DNA of 61,486 bases, from contig JBFOMH010000022.1 of assembly GCA_040830765.1 (NCBI GenBank), forward strand, positions 1 through 61,486, read 5' to 3'. Shown piece after piece: positions 19,230 through 31,032 of the stretch (position 1 is the first letter of the stretch; each line of letters opens with the position of its first letter). The DNA is from Puniceicoccaceae bacterium (GTDB lineage: Bacteria; Verrucomicrobiota; Verrucomicrobiia; Opitutales; Oceanipulchritudinaceae). A program made the position numbers and the translations under genes. The notes below the pieces were generated by a model. That model was not told the DNA's origin. It made no database searches and saw only the letters and a program-made list of their open reading frames with translations.

Positions 19230-21404
19230 TCAGAAGGAAAGCCAGACGAGCCGCATGCCAACACTGAAATCATCCTCGCGGGCATTTTCCTCGTTGAAGG
19301 CGACGTAGACCTCCATTTGCCAGACATTGCCAAAGCGCCGGCTGAAGCCATACTGCTGGCGTGTCCAGGTGCTTAGGCGGGCGTCATAGAGCCAGTACCC
19401 AAGGAGCCCGAGATTCTCTGTCAGGCGGTAGTGGCCGGCGACCTCGTATTGCTCGATGGCATTGCGGAGGTATTCGGCCTGGAAGCGAAGTGTCCAGAGG
19501 TCGGCGCTGCGGAGGGTGGCGCTGACATAATTGGCTTCGGCCTGCATGTTCTCGGTGCGGAACTTCTGGCGCCACTTCACTCCCAGCCAAGGGAAGGGAT
19601 TGAAGTCCGCTTCGGCATAGAGGGCGTCCCAGTTGTCCTCACCCTCGTCGGCTGAGAAGAGGAGATCCTGGTAGAGGTTGAAGGAAAGGAAGTCGCGGTA
19701 GGCCCCGTCCTCACCGGCGACACGGAGGAGATTCTCCCATCCAAAGCGGGCAACGGACCATTCCCGGAGGCCGTCGGTATGGTTAAGGTCGGCAAGGTCA
19801 AGGACGGGCCGCCGGCCATTGTAGCTAAAGCGGTCATAGGCAGGGAGCTCGGAAAGGGAATCGTCGCCACCGGGATGCCAGCGGTATTGGAGGCTGAGCC
19901 GGGAGACGTGACGCAGCTTTTCCATGTTCCAGTCCGGCCGGTCGATGGTGTAGGTCCGGGCGACGGACTTGGAGAGGTCGGCCCCGAGCTCGCCGACGAG
20001 GCGGTCCTCGGAGATTTCCGGAAGGCTACCTGCGGCATCGCGATCATAGCTGGTCCAGCGGCCTCCCGCGCGGAGGACAAGGTTGGTCCCGCCGGGCAGG
20101 GCAATGGGACGGGTGAGGGTCACGGAACCATCAAGGCGGTCGGTGTAGGGGCTGTTGATGAGTTCCGGGTCATCAAATCCAGGGTACATGGGCATCCCGG
20201 GCAGGCCGAGGGGATTGTCCGGGAAGAAGACAGAAAGGAGGGAGGGAATGACATCCACCGACCGGTAGCGCAGGGCGGCGGCATTGGCTTGGAGGATGAG
20301 GCTGGTTTCGCCGAGCTCATGCGGGAGCCACTCCGCGCGGAGCTCCGGCAGGCGCTCAATCATGCCGTAGTAGTCGTTGATCTGGCGGCGGCCGAAGACG
20401 TTGACCAGGAAATCATACTGTTGGAGGGTGAAATCGACGTAGCTGTCCGGCTGGTAATTGCGGAAATAATCTTCCCGGCGAAAGTCGCGGAGGATTTCCG
20501 AGTCGCTGACATAGGTTGTCTTGAGGTTCATCTGCATCCGGCCGGTCTCATCGCGGGTCTGGATGCCGAACTTGCCGAAGCCGCGGTTCTGGTCGATCCG
20601 CTCGCCCATGATGTCGCTGCCCCGCTCGTCGGAGTTGTGGTCATGAATCCAGCCGGTGTCAGCAGTGATGCGGACCAGGCCGTCCTCACGGCGCCAGTCA
20701 ACCGCGGGCCCGATGAGGATGCCGCGGCTGGTGAAGAAGTCGAAGTTGCCCCCTGCGGCCATTTCCCGGCTGAAGGGGTAGAGGACTTTGAAGCGGCCAT
20801 AGGCACCGAGGTTGTTCTCAAACCCAAGACGGACGTCGACATCGGCGGTGGGGGCCCCGAAGGCATATTCAAAGCCCGGGAGCGGAATGCCAATGCCGCC
20901 GAGGGCCTCAAGCTTCAGGCCCTTGCCGGAGACGGAATCCCCGGAGACCCAGGTACCATTGGCCACCTGCAGTCTTGGAGCATCCTCGACAGGTTCCCGG
21001 AAGTAGATGGTGACATTGGTGAAATCAATTTCATCGAGGGTTCCGGAGAAGGACTCGCCCTCGATGTAGAGTGGGGGATAGCCGGCCCGGAAATAGCCCG
21101 AGGAGAGGGACTTGGTCCGGGCGTCGTAGGTCATGGCGGCGGTCAGGAGCCGCAGGCCCTCGCGCGTGACGCGGACATTGCCGGTGGCCTCAATCTGCTC
21201 GAGGTTGCGGTTGTAGCGGATCTCGTCGGCCTCGACCGTGGTGTTTTCATCGCGGTAGACGGCGTTGCCGGTGGCGATGAGGAGACCGTCCTCAGCCGTG
21301 TAGGCAATCGGCTCGTCGGCACTTAACTCAGGTGCCTGGGCCGTCAGGAGGGCGGGAAGAAAAAGGACTGGAATGAGAAGGAGAAATGTGTAGGTCGGCT
21401 TCAC
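19230..21404 (-). CDS. lptD: LPS-assembly protein LptD (OstA-like N-terminal domain plus beta-barrel)
   Basis: Signal peptide after GTG 21404, ATGNAV/ATGNVRV jellyroll repeats, ERLPE motif, terminal Phe. Confidence 0.8.
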   Translation of the reverse strand: MKPTYTFLLLIPVLFLPALLTAQAPELSADEPIAYTAEDGLLIATGNAVYRDENTTVEADEIRYNRNLEQIEATGNVRVTREGLRLLTAAMTYDARTKSLSSGYFRAGYPPLYIEGESFSGTLDEIDFTNVTIYFREPVEDAPRLQVANGTWVSGDSVSGKGLKLEALGGIGIPLPGFEYAFGAPTADVDVRLGFENNLGAYGRFKVLYPFSREMAAGGNFDFFTSRGILIGPAVDWRREDGLVRITADTGWIHDHNSDERGSDIMGERIDQNRGFGKFGIQTRDETGRMQMNLKTTYVSDSEILRDFRREDYFRNYQPDSYVDFTLQQYDFLVNVFGRRQINDYYGMIERLPELRAEWLPHELGETSLILQANAAALRYRSVDVIPSLLSVFFPDNPLGLPGMPMYPGFDDPELINSPYTDRLDGSVTLTRPIALPGGTNLVLRAGGRWTSYDRDAAGSLPEISEDRLVGELGADLSKSVARTYTIDRPDWNMEKLRHVSRLSLQYRWHPGGDDSLSELPAYDRFSYNGRRPVLDLADLNHTDGLREWSVARFGWENLLRVAGEDGAYRDFLSFNLYQDLLFSADEGEDNWDALYAEADFNPFPWLGVKWRQKFRTENMQAEANYVSATLRSADLWTLRFQAEYLRNAIEQYEVAGHYRLTENLGLLGYWLYDARLSTWTRQQYGFSRRFGNVWQMEVYVAFNEENAREDDFSVGMRLVWLSF

Positions 21405-21552
21405 TTGTGATCCAAGGATGGGCCTCTGGAATATCGGCTCAAGCGTTAATTTTCCCAGCTGAGCGATGGGCACCCGATTGCCGGAAATCGCTTGCATCGC
21501 AGCCCGCTAAATGCAATTCCTCGCTCTTTATAACCCTTAGAAATTCCTAGTC

Positions 21553-23757
<2,205 letters not shown>

Positions 23758-23815
23758 GAAGGCTCTCCAGCCTGCGTATTTGACAATTCCGCTCCGCGGA
23801 CAAACCTTATTGGCA

Positions 23816-24244
23816 ATGTCACTGGAGGAAAAACGCAACCGCATCGTCGAGGACATGAGCTTCCTGCCGGACCGCTTTGAACGGTTCACTTACATCGTGG
23901 ACTACGGGCGGAACAGCGAGGATATTCCGGATACCATGCGAACCGATACCTTCCGGGTGGAAGGCTGCCAGTCCCAGCTTTGGCTGGTTCCGGAATTCCG
24001 GGATGGCAAATGCTACTTCCTTGCCGAATCGGACTCCTCCATCGTCAAGGGAATCGCCTCCCTGATTTGCGACTACTACAGCGACGAGACCCCGGAGACA
24101 ATTCTCGGTGGGGACGTCAAGTTCCTCGAGGAAGTCGGGGTCGATCAGCACCTCTCCAGTAACCGGCGCAACGGCCTCGGCAAGGTTGACGAACGGATCA
24201 AGCGGTTTGCCACCTCCTGCCTGGAGGTCGGTAAATCCTCATGA
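23816..24244 (+). CDS. sufE: SufE family Fe-S/sulfur-acceptor protein
   Basis: VEGCQSQLWL, SDSSIVKG, LSSNRRNGL. Confidence 0.9.
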   Translation: MSLEEKRNRIVEDMSFLPDRFERFTYIVDYGRNSEDIPDTMRTDTFRVEGCQSQLWLVPEFRDGKCYFLAESDSSIVKGIASLICDYYSDETPETILGGDVKFLEEVGVDQHLSSNRRNGLGKVDERIKRFATSCLEVGKSS

Positions 24245-25050
24245 AGCAACCGTCAGCAGGCTACCACGACGCCCACCTGCATCTGCAGGACGCGGGCCTA
24301 CTGGAAGCAATGGGAAAGGCAGGGCTGGAATGTTATCAGGCGGCTGTTGTTGCTTGCATCACCAATGGCACCCATCCGGATGACTGGCCGGCCGTGGAGG
24401 CCATTGCCGGCGATCGCGTAAAGGCTGCCTACGGGGTGCATCCATGGAAAGTCGATGTCCTTCCCGCCGACTGGGAGGAGCAGTTGCGCGGTTACTTGTC
24501 GCGGGGTGCGGTCAGCGTCGGGGAAATCGGTCTCGATAACTGGATTGAGCCACGGAATGAAGCGCTGCAGCGGGAGGTCTTTGAGAAGCAGCTCCACCTG
24601 GCGGCGGAATACAATCTCGCTCCGACGATCCATTGCCTGCGGGCATGGGGGATGCTGGTGGATTGCCTCCGTTCCGGGCCCGACCTGCCGAAGGGCTTTC
24701 TCGTCCATGGCTTTGGGGGCTCGCGGGAAACCTTGTTTGAACTCCTCGACCTCGGTGGGCATGTTTCCTTTTCCGCCTATGCGGCGGATCCCGGCCGGAA
24801 GCGGATGCGCGATGCCGCCCGGGCCTGCCCGGCGGACAGGATCCTCGTCGAGACGGATGCCCCGGACATGGTCCCGCCGGCAGATGTCTGTCGTCACCAA
24901 TTGCAGGCCGCCTGTGGGAGCCGGCTCCATCATCCTTCGGATATCGAGACGGCCTATGCATTTCTCGCCGAGTGGCGAGGGGAGGAGCTGGAGAGCTTTG
25001 CGGAGCAGGTATCGCAAACCTTCCAGCGCCTCTTTGGTCCGGTGAATTGA
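24241..25050 (+). CDS. TatD family metal-dependent hydrolase/DNase
   Basis: DAHLH, GVHPW, GEIGLD, IHC, VHGF, ETDAP. ATGA overlap with sufE. Confidence 0.9.
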   Translation: MKQPSAGYHDAHLHLQDAGLLEAMGKAGLECYQAAVVACITNGTHPDDWPAVEAIAGDRVKAAYGVHPWKVDVLPADWEEQLRGYLSRGAVSVGEIGLDNWIEPRNEALQREVFEKQLHLAAEYNLAPTIHCLRAWGMLVDCLRSGPDLPKGFLVHGFGGSRETLFELLDLGGHVSFSAYAADPGRKRMRDAARACPADRILVETDAPDMVPPADVCRHQLQAACGSRLHHPSDIETAYAFLAEWRGEELESFAEQVSQTFQRLFGPVN

Positions 25051-25080
25051 GTTGCCCAGCAAGGGCCAATTCGCCATGGA

Positions 25081-26430
25081 ATGGGTATGGAATGGCTCCT
25101 TGCGATAGTCCGTGGCTTGTTTGGAATTGCCTGCCTGACAGGCATTTGCTGGCTCCTCAGCCGCAACCGAAAGGCGATTGACTGGCGCCTCGTCATTGGC
25201 GGACTGCTCTTTCAACTGGTCCTGGCAGTGGTCATTTTAAAGATCCCCCATGCCGACAAACCGATCGAGTGGGTCTCCGGATTCTTTGTCACCCTGCTGG
25301 GCTTTACGGACAGCGGGACACAGTTTGTCTTTGGCTTTCTTGGGGCCGGTCCGGACTTCTGGGATCGGGTCAATGCGGGTATCGGCACGGATGGATTCAC
25401 CGGGTTCGGCCTCATCTTCGCCTTCAAGGTCCTGCCGACGGTGATTTTCTTTTCTGCCCTGACGTCGGTGCTTTACTACCTCGGCTGGCTCCAGGTATTG
25501 GTGAAGGGGTTTGCCTGGATGCTGCAGAAGTCGATGCGCCTCTCGGGGACGGAGAGCCTCGCCGCGGCGGCGAATGTCTTTGTTGGACAGACGGAAGCGC
25601 CCCTGATGGTGAAGCCGTACATCGCCGACATGAACAAGTCGGAGCTGATGTGTCTCATGACCGGTGGTATGGCGACCATCGCCGGTGGCGTCTTCGGGGC
25701 CTATGTCTGGATTCTCGGCGGATCGGATCCGGTCGCCCAGTCGCTCTATGCCAAGCACCTCCTGACGGCCTCCCTCTTGTCCGCGCCGGCGGCCATTGTG
25801 GCGGCGAAGATCCTTTTCCCGCAGACCGAGCCGGTGGAACACGAATTGAAGGTGAGCAAAGAGAAGATGGGGGAGAATGCCTTTGACGCGGTTTGCCAGG
25901 GAACGACCCAGGGACTGATGCTAGCGCTAAACATCGGGGCCATGCTGATTACCTTCCTGGCCTTCATTGCGCTCTTTAATTATCTGATTGGATTGGCCGG
26001 TTCGGTCACCGGGCTCGACGGGGTCGTGGCGGAGGCCACCGGCGGGGCCTATGACGGGCTGTCGCTGGAATTTCTCTTCGGGATCGTCTTTGCCCCCATT
26101 GCCTGGATGATCGGGACCTCGGCCGGCGAGCTGCTGGCCATGGGCGAGCTGTTGGGTATCAAGCTGGTGGCCAATGAGTTTGTCGCTTACGAACGCCTTG
26201 GGCAGATGCTGCAGGAAGGAGGCGTGCTGACCCAGCGTTCGGTCATCATCGCCACCTATGCCCTCTGTGGATTTGCCAATTTCAGTTCGATGGGCATCCA
26301 GATCGGCGGAATCGCCGTCCTTGCCCCCTCGCAGCGGGGCAACCTCTCCCGCCTCGCCCTCCTGGCGGTAGTCGGCGGCACGGCCGCCTGCCTCTACACG
26401 GCTGCGGTGGCGGGGATGTTTTTGGGGTAA
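25081..26430 (+). CDS. Concentrative nucleoside transporter (NupC/CNT family)
   Basis: FKVLPTVIFFS, NVFVGQTEAP, GGMATIAG, KLVANEFVAY, ALCGFANFSS. Confidence 0.93.
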   Translation: MGMEWLLAIVRGLFGIACLTGICWLLSRNRKAIDWRLVIGGLLFQLVLAVVILKIPHADKPIEWVSGFFVTLLGFTDSGTQFVFGFLGAGPDFWDRVNAGIGTDGFTGFGLIFAFKVLPTVIFFSALTSVLYYLGWLQVLVKGFAWMLQKSMRLSGTESLAAAANVFVGQTEAPLMVKPYIADMNKSELMCLMTGGMATIAGGVFGAYVWILGGSDPVAQSLYAKHLLTASLLSAPAAIVAAKILFPQTEPVEHELKVSKEKMGENAFDAVCQGTTQGLMLALNIGAMLITFLAFIALFNYLIGLAGSVTGLDGVVAEATGGAYDGLSLEFLFGIVFAPIAWMIGTSAGELLAMGELLGIKLVANEFVAYERLGQMLQEGGVLTQRSVIIATYALCGFANFSSMGIQIGGIAVLAPSQRGNLSRLALLAVVGGTAACLYTAAVAGMFLG

Positions 26431-26434
26431 AATC

Positions 26435-26777
26435 GGCCCGTAGGGCCATTAATATGTTAGCCGTGGGCGAAGCCCACGGATTTGGGTGATTGTAAGATCC
26501 CCCAGCCGCGTAGCGGCGACACCATTCGTGCCGGCGCTCCGCGCCTACCACGTATGTGTTGTGCCGGATTCCGTGGTCTGCGCCCACGGCTAACATCGTG
26601 CCGGCGCTCCGCGCCTGGGGGGGTGCATGGTGCTCCGTACCGTGGTCTGCGCCCACGGCTAACATCTGGACGGCGCTCCGCGCCTGGGGTCTTGGCCCGT
26701 AGGGCCAGAAATATGCTAGCCGTGGGCGAAGCCCACGGATTGCTGGGATTACAATATTCTCCAGCCGCGTAGCGGCG
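26435..26777. repeat. REP/BIME-like mosaic of palindromic units between convergent genes
   Basis: GGCCCGTAGGGCC...ATATG(T/C)TAGCCGTGGGCGAAGCCCACGG at 26435-26479 and 26694-26738, each followed by CCAGCCGCGTAGCGGCG (26502, 26761). Two related units in opposite orientation (CCGTGGTCTGCGCCCACGGCTAACATC...CGGCGCTCCGCGCCT) lie at about 26571-26616 and 26640-26685. Confidence 0.85.
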
Positions 26778-26793
26778 GCCCGAATGGGCGTAT

Positions 26794-28986
26794 TCACGCC
26801 CCAACCGTCTCCAACTGCCTCGGCAGCCCGGTGTACCGGCCGGCCTGCTCGGTATTGCGGACGGCCATGGCCCATGCCGCCGGGTCCCCGACGATGAAGA
26901 CCTTCTTTCGTCCGCGGGTGATGGCGGTGTAGAGGAGGTTGCGCTGCAGAAGAAGGAAATGCTGCTTCAGCAGCGGCAATACAACAATCGGGAACTCGCT
27001 GCCCTGCGACTTGTGGACGGTAATGGCGTAGGCCAGTTCGAGGTCGACCAGCTCCATGCGCTCGAGGTCGATCTCCCGGCCATCAAAGTCGACCGCGAGG
27101 GTCCCGGCATCCGGCTGCACGGCGGAGACAATTCCCATGTCGCCGTTGAAGATGTTCTTGTCGTAGTTGTTGCGGGTCTGGATGACCCGGTCGCCGACGG
27201 AGTAGACGGTATCCCCGAAGACAACCCCCTTGGCGCCGGGATTGAGGCGCTTCTGGAGAACTGTATTGATTTGTCGGCTACCGGCGGTCCCGCGGTGCAT
27301 CGGCGCCAGTACCTGGACATCACGGATGGGGTCGAAGGTCCGCAAGCGCTGCGGGAGCCACTTTGCGATCAGGTCCTCGACAATCCCCACGCACTGTTCC
27401 GGATCGGTCGCCGGGACAAACTGCAAATCCCAGCGGGGATCGAGTTCGTTGAGGTTGGATGCCATGCGGGGCGGGGCGGCGTGCCCGCCAAGGACCCCGT
27501 GGGCGGTGGTGACAATGTTACTGGTCTCCTTTTGCCGGAAGACCTGTTCCAGACGCACCACCGGGGCACCGGAATGTTGTATCAAATCATTCAATACATT
27601 CCCCGGGCCGACACTCGGCAACTGGTTGACATCCCCGACTAGCAACAGGTGCGCATCCGCCGGGATGGCCCGCAACATGGCGGCGGTGAGTCCGGTATCG
27701 AGCATGCTCGCCTCGTCGACGACAAGGTATTGGCAATTGAGCGGATGTTCCTCGTTGTAGGTGAATCCGCCCTTGGCGGGATCAAATTTGAGCAGCCGGT
27801 GCAGGGTGGAGGCGTGATGCAGCGTCGACTCCGAGAGCCGCTGGGCGGCGCGACCGGTGGGCGAGGCGAGGGCAATCTTGACCTTCTTGGCCTTGAGGAT
27901 TTCCACGAGGCTGCGGAGGATGGTTGTCTTGCCGGTCCCGGGTCCGCCGGTAAGGATGCAGGCCTTGGAATGGAGGGCATGGCGGAGGGCTTCCGCCTGT
28001 TCGGGGGCAAACTCGATATGGCTGCGTTGCTGGGCCCAGTCGATGGCCACTTCCACCTTGATCGCCGGGAGGCAGCTGGCGGTGTGGAGGATGCGGTCGA
28101 TCTGGCGGGCAATGGCCTGTTCGCGCATCCGGTTGAGGGGCAGCTGCAGGTAGTCGGTCCCCTCGGCAATGGTGACATACTGGTTCTCGACCAGTGTCCC
28201 GAGGTGCGGCTCGACATCGGTCAGCTCAACTTCCAGCAAGCGCTGGGATTCCTCGAGCAGGAAGTCACGGGGGAGGGCCGTGTGTCCTTCCGACTCCTTG
28301 TCCTTGAGGATGTGCAGGAGTCCGGCCTCGATGCGTTCCCGGGAGGCAAATCCAAACCCGAGGTTACGGGCGATCTGATCGGCAGTCTTGAATCCGATGC
28401 CGTCAATCTCCCGGGCCACGAGGTAGGGATCCTCCATGAGGATAGCCTTGGCCTGGGAACCGTACTTCTTGACCAGGCGGAGGCAGTTGCGCACGGTGAC
28501 CCCGTAGGTCTGGAGGAAAAGCATGATTTCCCGGCTGGCCCGCTGGGTATCCCATGCCTCCTTGATCTGGCGCGCCCGCTTGGGTCCGATGCCCTCGACC
28601 TCCCGGAGGCGGGCGGAGTGGTTTTCAATGACCTCAAAGGTCTCCTTCCCGAAGGTCTCGACGATCTTCCCGGCGTAGGTCTTGCCAATCCCGGGAACGA
28701 GTCCGCTGCCGAGGTATTTGCGGATCCCATACACCGAGGCGGGGAGGGTGGAGGTGCAGGAAGTGACCTTGAACTGGCGCCCATGCTGGCGGTGGGTCTC
28801 CCAGTTGCCCTCCAGTTCGAGGGTTTCCCCGCACTGGACGTTGGGCATGATCCCGGTGACGGTCCGGGTGTTGTTGTCATCATCCCGCAGCTCGCCGACG
28901 CAGAAGTGGTTTTCCGGGTTGCTGTAGATGATGCGCTCAAGGACGCCGGAAAGCTTCTCGTTGGGACTGTTGGCGGCGGGGGCCAT
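26794..28986 (-). CDS. recD2: ATP-dependent RecD-like DNA helicase (RecD2)
   Basis: HGRQF, HhH repeats (GIGKTYA, GIGPKRA, GIGFKTAD), TGGPGTGKTT, VDEASM, GDVNQLPSVG, YAITVHKSQGSE, LYTAITRG. Start placed at ATG 28986. Confidence 0.93.
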   Translation of the reverse strand: MAPAANSPNEKLSGVLERIIYSNPENHFCVGELRDDDNNTRTVTGIMPNVQCGETLELEGNWETHRQHGRQFKVTSCTSTLPASVYGIRKYLGSGLVPGIGKTYAGKIVETFGKETFEVIENHSARLREVEGIGPKRARQIKEAWDTQRASREIMLFLQTYGVTVRNCLRLVKKYGSQAKAILMEDPYLVAREIDGIGFKTADQIARNLGFGFASRERIEAGLLHILKDKESEGHTALPRDFLLEESQRLLEVELTDVEPHLGTLVENQYVTIAEGTDYLQLPLNRMREQAIARQIDRILHTASCLPAIKVEVAIDWAQQRSHIEFAPEQAEALRHALHSKACILTGGPGTGKTTILRSLVEILKAKKVKIALASPTGRAAQRLSESTLHHASTLHRLLKFDPAKGGFTYNEEHPLNCQYLVVDEASMLDTGLTAAMLRAIPADAHLLLVGDVNQLPSVGPGNVLNDLIQHSGAPVVRLEQVFRQKETSNIVTTAHGVLGGHAAPPRMASNLNELDPRWDLQFVPATDPEQCVGIVEDLIAKWLPQRLRTFDPIRDVQVLAPMHRGTAGSRQINTVLQKRLNPGAKGVVFGDTVYSVGDRVIQTRNNYDKNIFNGDMGIVSAVQPDAGTLAVDFDGREIDLERMELVDLELAYAITVHKSQGSEFPIVVLPLLKQHFLLLQRNLLYTAITRGRKKVFIVGDPAAWAMAVRNTEQAGRYTGLPRQLETVGA

Positions 28987-28987
28987 G

Positions 28988-29668
28988 TCAGGTGGCGGAC
29001 AATTCGGGAGGGGTGAGGTTGAAGACGGCCTGGCCCAGTTCGTAGAGGTTGGCATAGACGCCGGCGGACTGGGTCTCGGTCTGCAATTGTTGAATGGTGT
29101 GGGAGCCGGTGGCAACGGTATAACAGGGCATGTCGGCCACGGCGGCGGCATCCACGTCGTAGGGGGAATCGCCAATCATGCAGGCATGGGCGGGGTCCGC
29201 GCCCATTTCCTGAAGGACGTGGTGGGTGAATTCCGGTTCGGGCTTTTTCCATGGGGTGTCGAGGGTCCCGTAGATGCCGTCGAGGTGGCTTGCCATGCCG
29301 ATGTAGTTGAGGATGCGGCGGGCCCGGTCGCCCTCCTTGTTGGTAAAGACACAGAGCTTCAGGCCGCGGGCATGGAGCTCCTTGAGGAGCCACTCCGCCC
29401 CGGTGAGGACCTCGATATCGTCGTGCCAGATGCGGTCGAATTCCTCCCGGAAGTGGACCACAGCCTCGTCGACCCGGTCCTGCGGGATGAGCTTGCCGAA
29501 GGTAATGACAATCGACCCGCCGACGGAGGCCTTGACCTTTTCATAGCTGACCGGAGGCAGCCCGAGGTGCTCGAGGGCATACTGGTAGCAGCGGTAGATG
29601 ACCCGGAAGTGATCGATGAGCGTTCCGTCGAGGTCGAAGAGGACGGCCTTGTAGTTGTCGCTGTTCAT
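28988..29668 (-). CDS. HAD-family hydrolase (phosphoglycolate phosphatase-like)
   Basis: FDLDGTLID, TNK, KPEP, MIGDSPYD. Confidence 0.9.
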   Translation of the reverse strand: MNSDNYKAVLFDLDGTLIDHFRVIYRCYQYALEHLGLPPVSYEKVKASVGGSIVITFGKLIPQDRVDEAVVHFREEFDRIWHDDIEVLTGAEWLLKELHARGLKLCVFTNKEGDRARRILNYIGMASHLDGIYGTLDTPWKKPEPEFTHHVLQEMGADPAHACMIGDSPYDVDAAAVADMPCYTVATGSHTIQQLQTETQSAGVYANLYELGQAVFNLTPPELSAT

Positions 29669-29792
29669 GGCTTGCACCCCTCCATTGGAGGTCCGGGCGC
29701 TTGGGCTTGTCAATGCCCTTCAGGGACTGAATTGGGGTAAAATCTTTTTCGATGTTAATGAATTTATTTTGCCATTGCGACGAAGTCCCTAA

Positions 29793-30959
29793 ATGACGGA
29801 TGCCATGCAATCGCGTTTTGATTTTGAAAGCATTCCCGACCGCAAGGGAACGGGCAGCCTCAAGTGGGACAAGTACAAGGATTCCGACATCCTCCCGATG
29901 TGGGTGGCCGATATGGACTTTCCGTCCCCGCCGGAAGTGAAGGAGGCCCTCATGAAGCGGGTCGAGCACGGGGTCTATGGCTACACGGTCCCGTATACGA
30001 GTGTTGAGGATGCGGTCATTGAGTACATGGCCCGGACCCACCAGCTCAAGGTGGAGCGGGAATGGATTGTCTGGATGCCGGGCCTGGTCCCGGCGCTGAA
30101 CACCGCCTCGCGGGCCTATGAAAAGCCGGGGGACGCGGTCATGACCAACACGCCCGTCTATCCGCCCTTCCTGACCGCCCCGGAGTGGCAGGACAAGATC
30201 CTCCAATCGGTCCCGCTGGTCATTGAGGGGGACCGCTATGTCTTTGACTTCCCGGCCATGGAGGCCGCGGTCACCGAGAAGACCAAGCTCTTCATCCTCT
30301 GCAATCCGCATAATCCGGTCGGCCGGGCATGGTCGCGCGAGGAGCTGGAGGACGTCGTCGACTTCTGTCGCCGGCACGAGCTGATCCTCATTTCCGATGA
30401 GATCCACTGCGACCTCATCCTCTATGATGACATCCCGCACCATACCATCCTCAACGTCGACGACTGGGCCTTTGACCATACGCTGACCCTGATGGCGCCA
30501 AGCAAGACCTTCAACGTCCCGGGGCTTTCCTGCAGTTTCATCCTCATCCCCAATCCGGCCCTGCGGCTGCGCTTCCAGCGGGCCTCCCGGGGGATGATTA
30601 CGGAAATCAACTGCCTTGGCTACGTCGGCTGCGAGGCCGCCTACCGCCATGGCGGGCCCTGGCTCAAGGAGGTCCGCAAGGTCATCCGGGGCAACTACGA
30701 GCACGCGGCGGCCTACATCAAGGAGCACATGCCGCGCATCCGCCTGTTCCCTATGGAGGCGACCTACCTTGCCTGGCTCGATGTCCGCGACCTCGGGCTC
30801 GATCGCCCGGAGCAGTATTTCGAGGAACACGGGGTCGGGCTCAGCAACGGGGCCTACTTCGGTTCCCAGGGCTTTCTCCGCCTCAATATCGGCTGTCCCC
30901 GGAAAATGCTCGATATAGCCCTTGAACGCATGACCACCGCCTACAATAATCTACCTTAG
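29793..30959 (+). CDS. PLP-dependent C-S lyase, MalY/PatB family
   Basis: PMWVADMDF, LCNPHNPVGR, SDEIHCD, APSKTFNVPG. Confidence 0.92.
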   Translation: MTDAMQSRFDFESIPDRKGTGSLKWDKYKDSDILPMWVADMDFPSPPEVKEALMKRVEHGVYGYTVPYTSVEDAVIEYMARTHQLKVEREWIVWMPGLVPALNTASRAYEKPGDAVMTNTPVYPPFLTAPEWQDKILQSVPLVIEGDRYVFDFPAMEAAVTEKTKLFILCNPHNPVGRAWSREELEDVVDFCRRHELILISDEIHCDLILYDDIPHHTILNVDDWAFDHTLTLMAPSKTFNVPGLSCSFILIPNPALRLRFQRASRGMITEINCLGYVGCEAAYRHGGPWLKEVRKVIRGNYEHAAAYIKEHMPRIRLFPMEATYLAWLDVRDLGLDRPEQYFEEHGVGLSNGAYFGSQGFLRLNIGCPRKMLDIALERMTTAYNNLP

Positions 30960-31030
30960 TCCTTAGTCCTTAGTCCTTAGTCCTTAGTCCTTAGTCTTTG
31001 GTCTTTCGTCCTTAGTCCTTCGTCCTTAGT
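30954..31030 (+). repeat. Heptamer tandem repeat (CCTTAGT)x11
   Basis: Eight perfect units plus CTTTGGT, CTTTCGT and CCTTCGT. The array starts at the patB stop codon and ends 2 nt before the lptF ATG. Confidence 0.95.
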
Positions 31031-31032
31031 CC

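Noticed and set aside
26435..26777. CRISPR array, or the short ORFs 26457..26804, 26482..26772 and 26282..26875
   Set aside because: The units occur in both orientations with irregular spacing and no cas genes are present. The ORFs are just translations of the palindromes.
28987..29175. Pro-rich N-terminal extension of RecD2 given in the ORF track
   Set aside because: It overlaps the HAD gene in another frame. ATG 28986, just after the HAD stop, is the sensible start.
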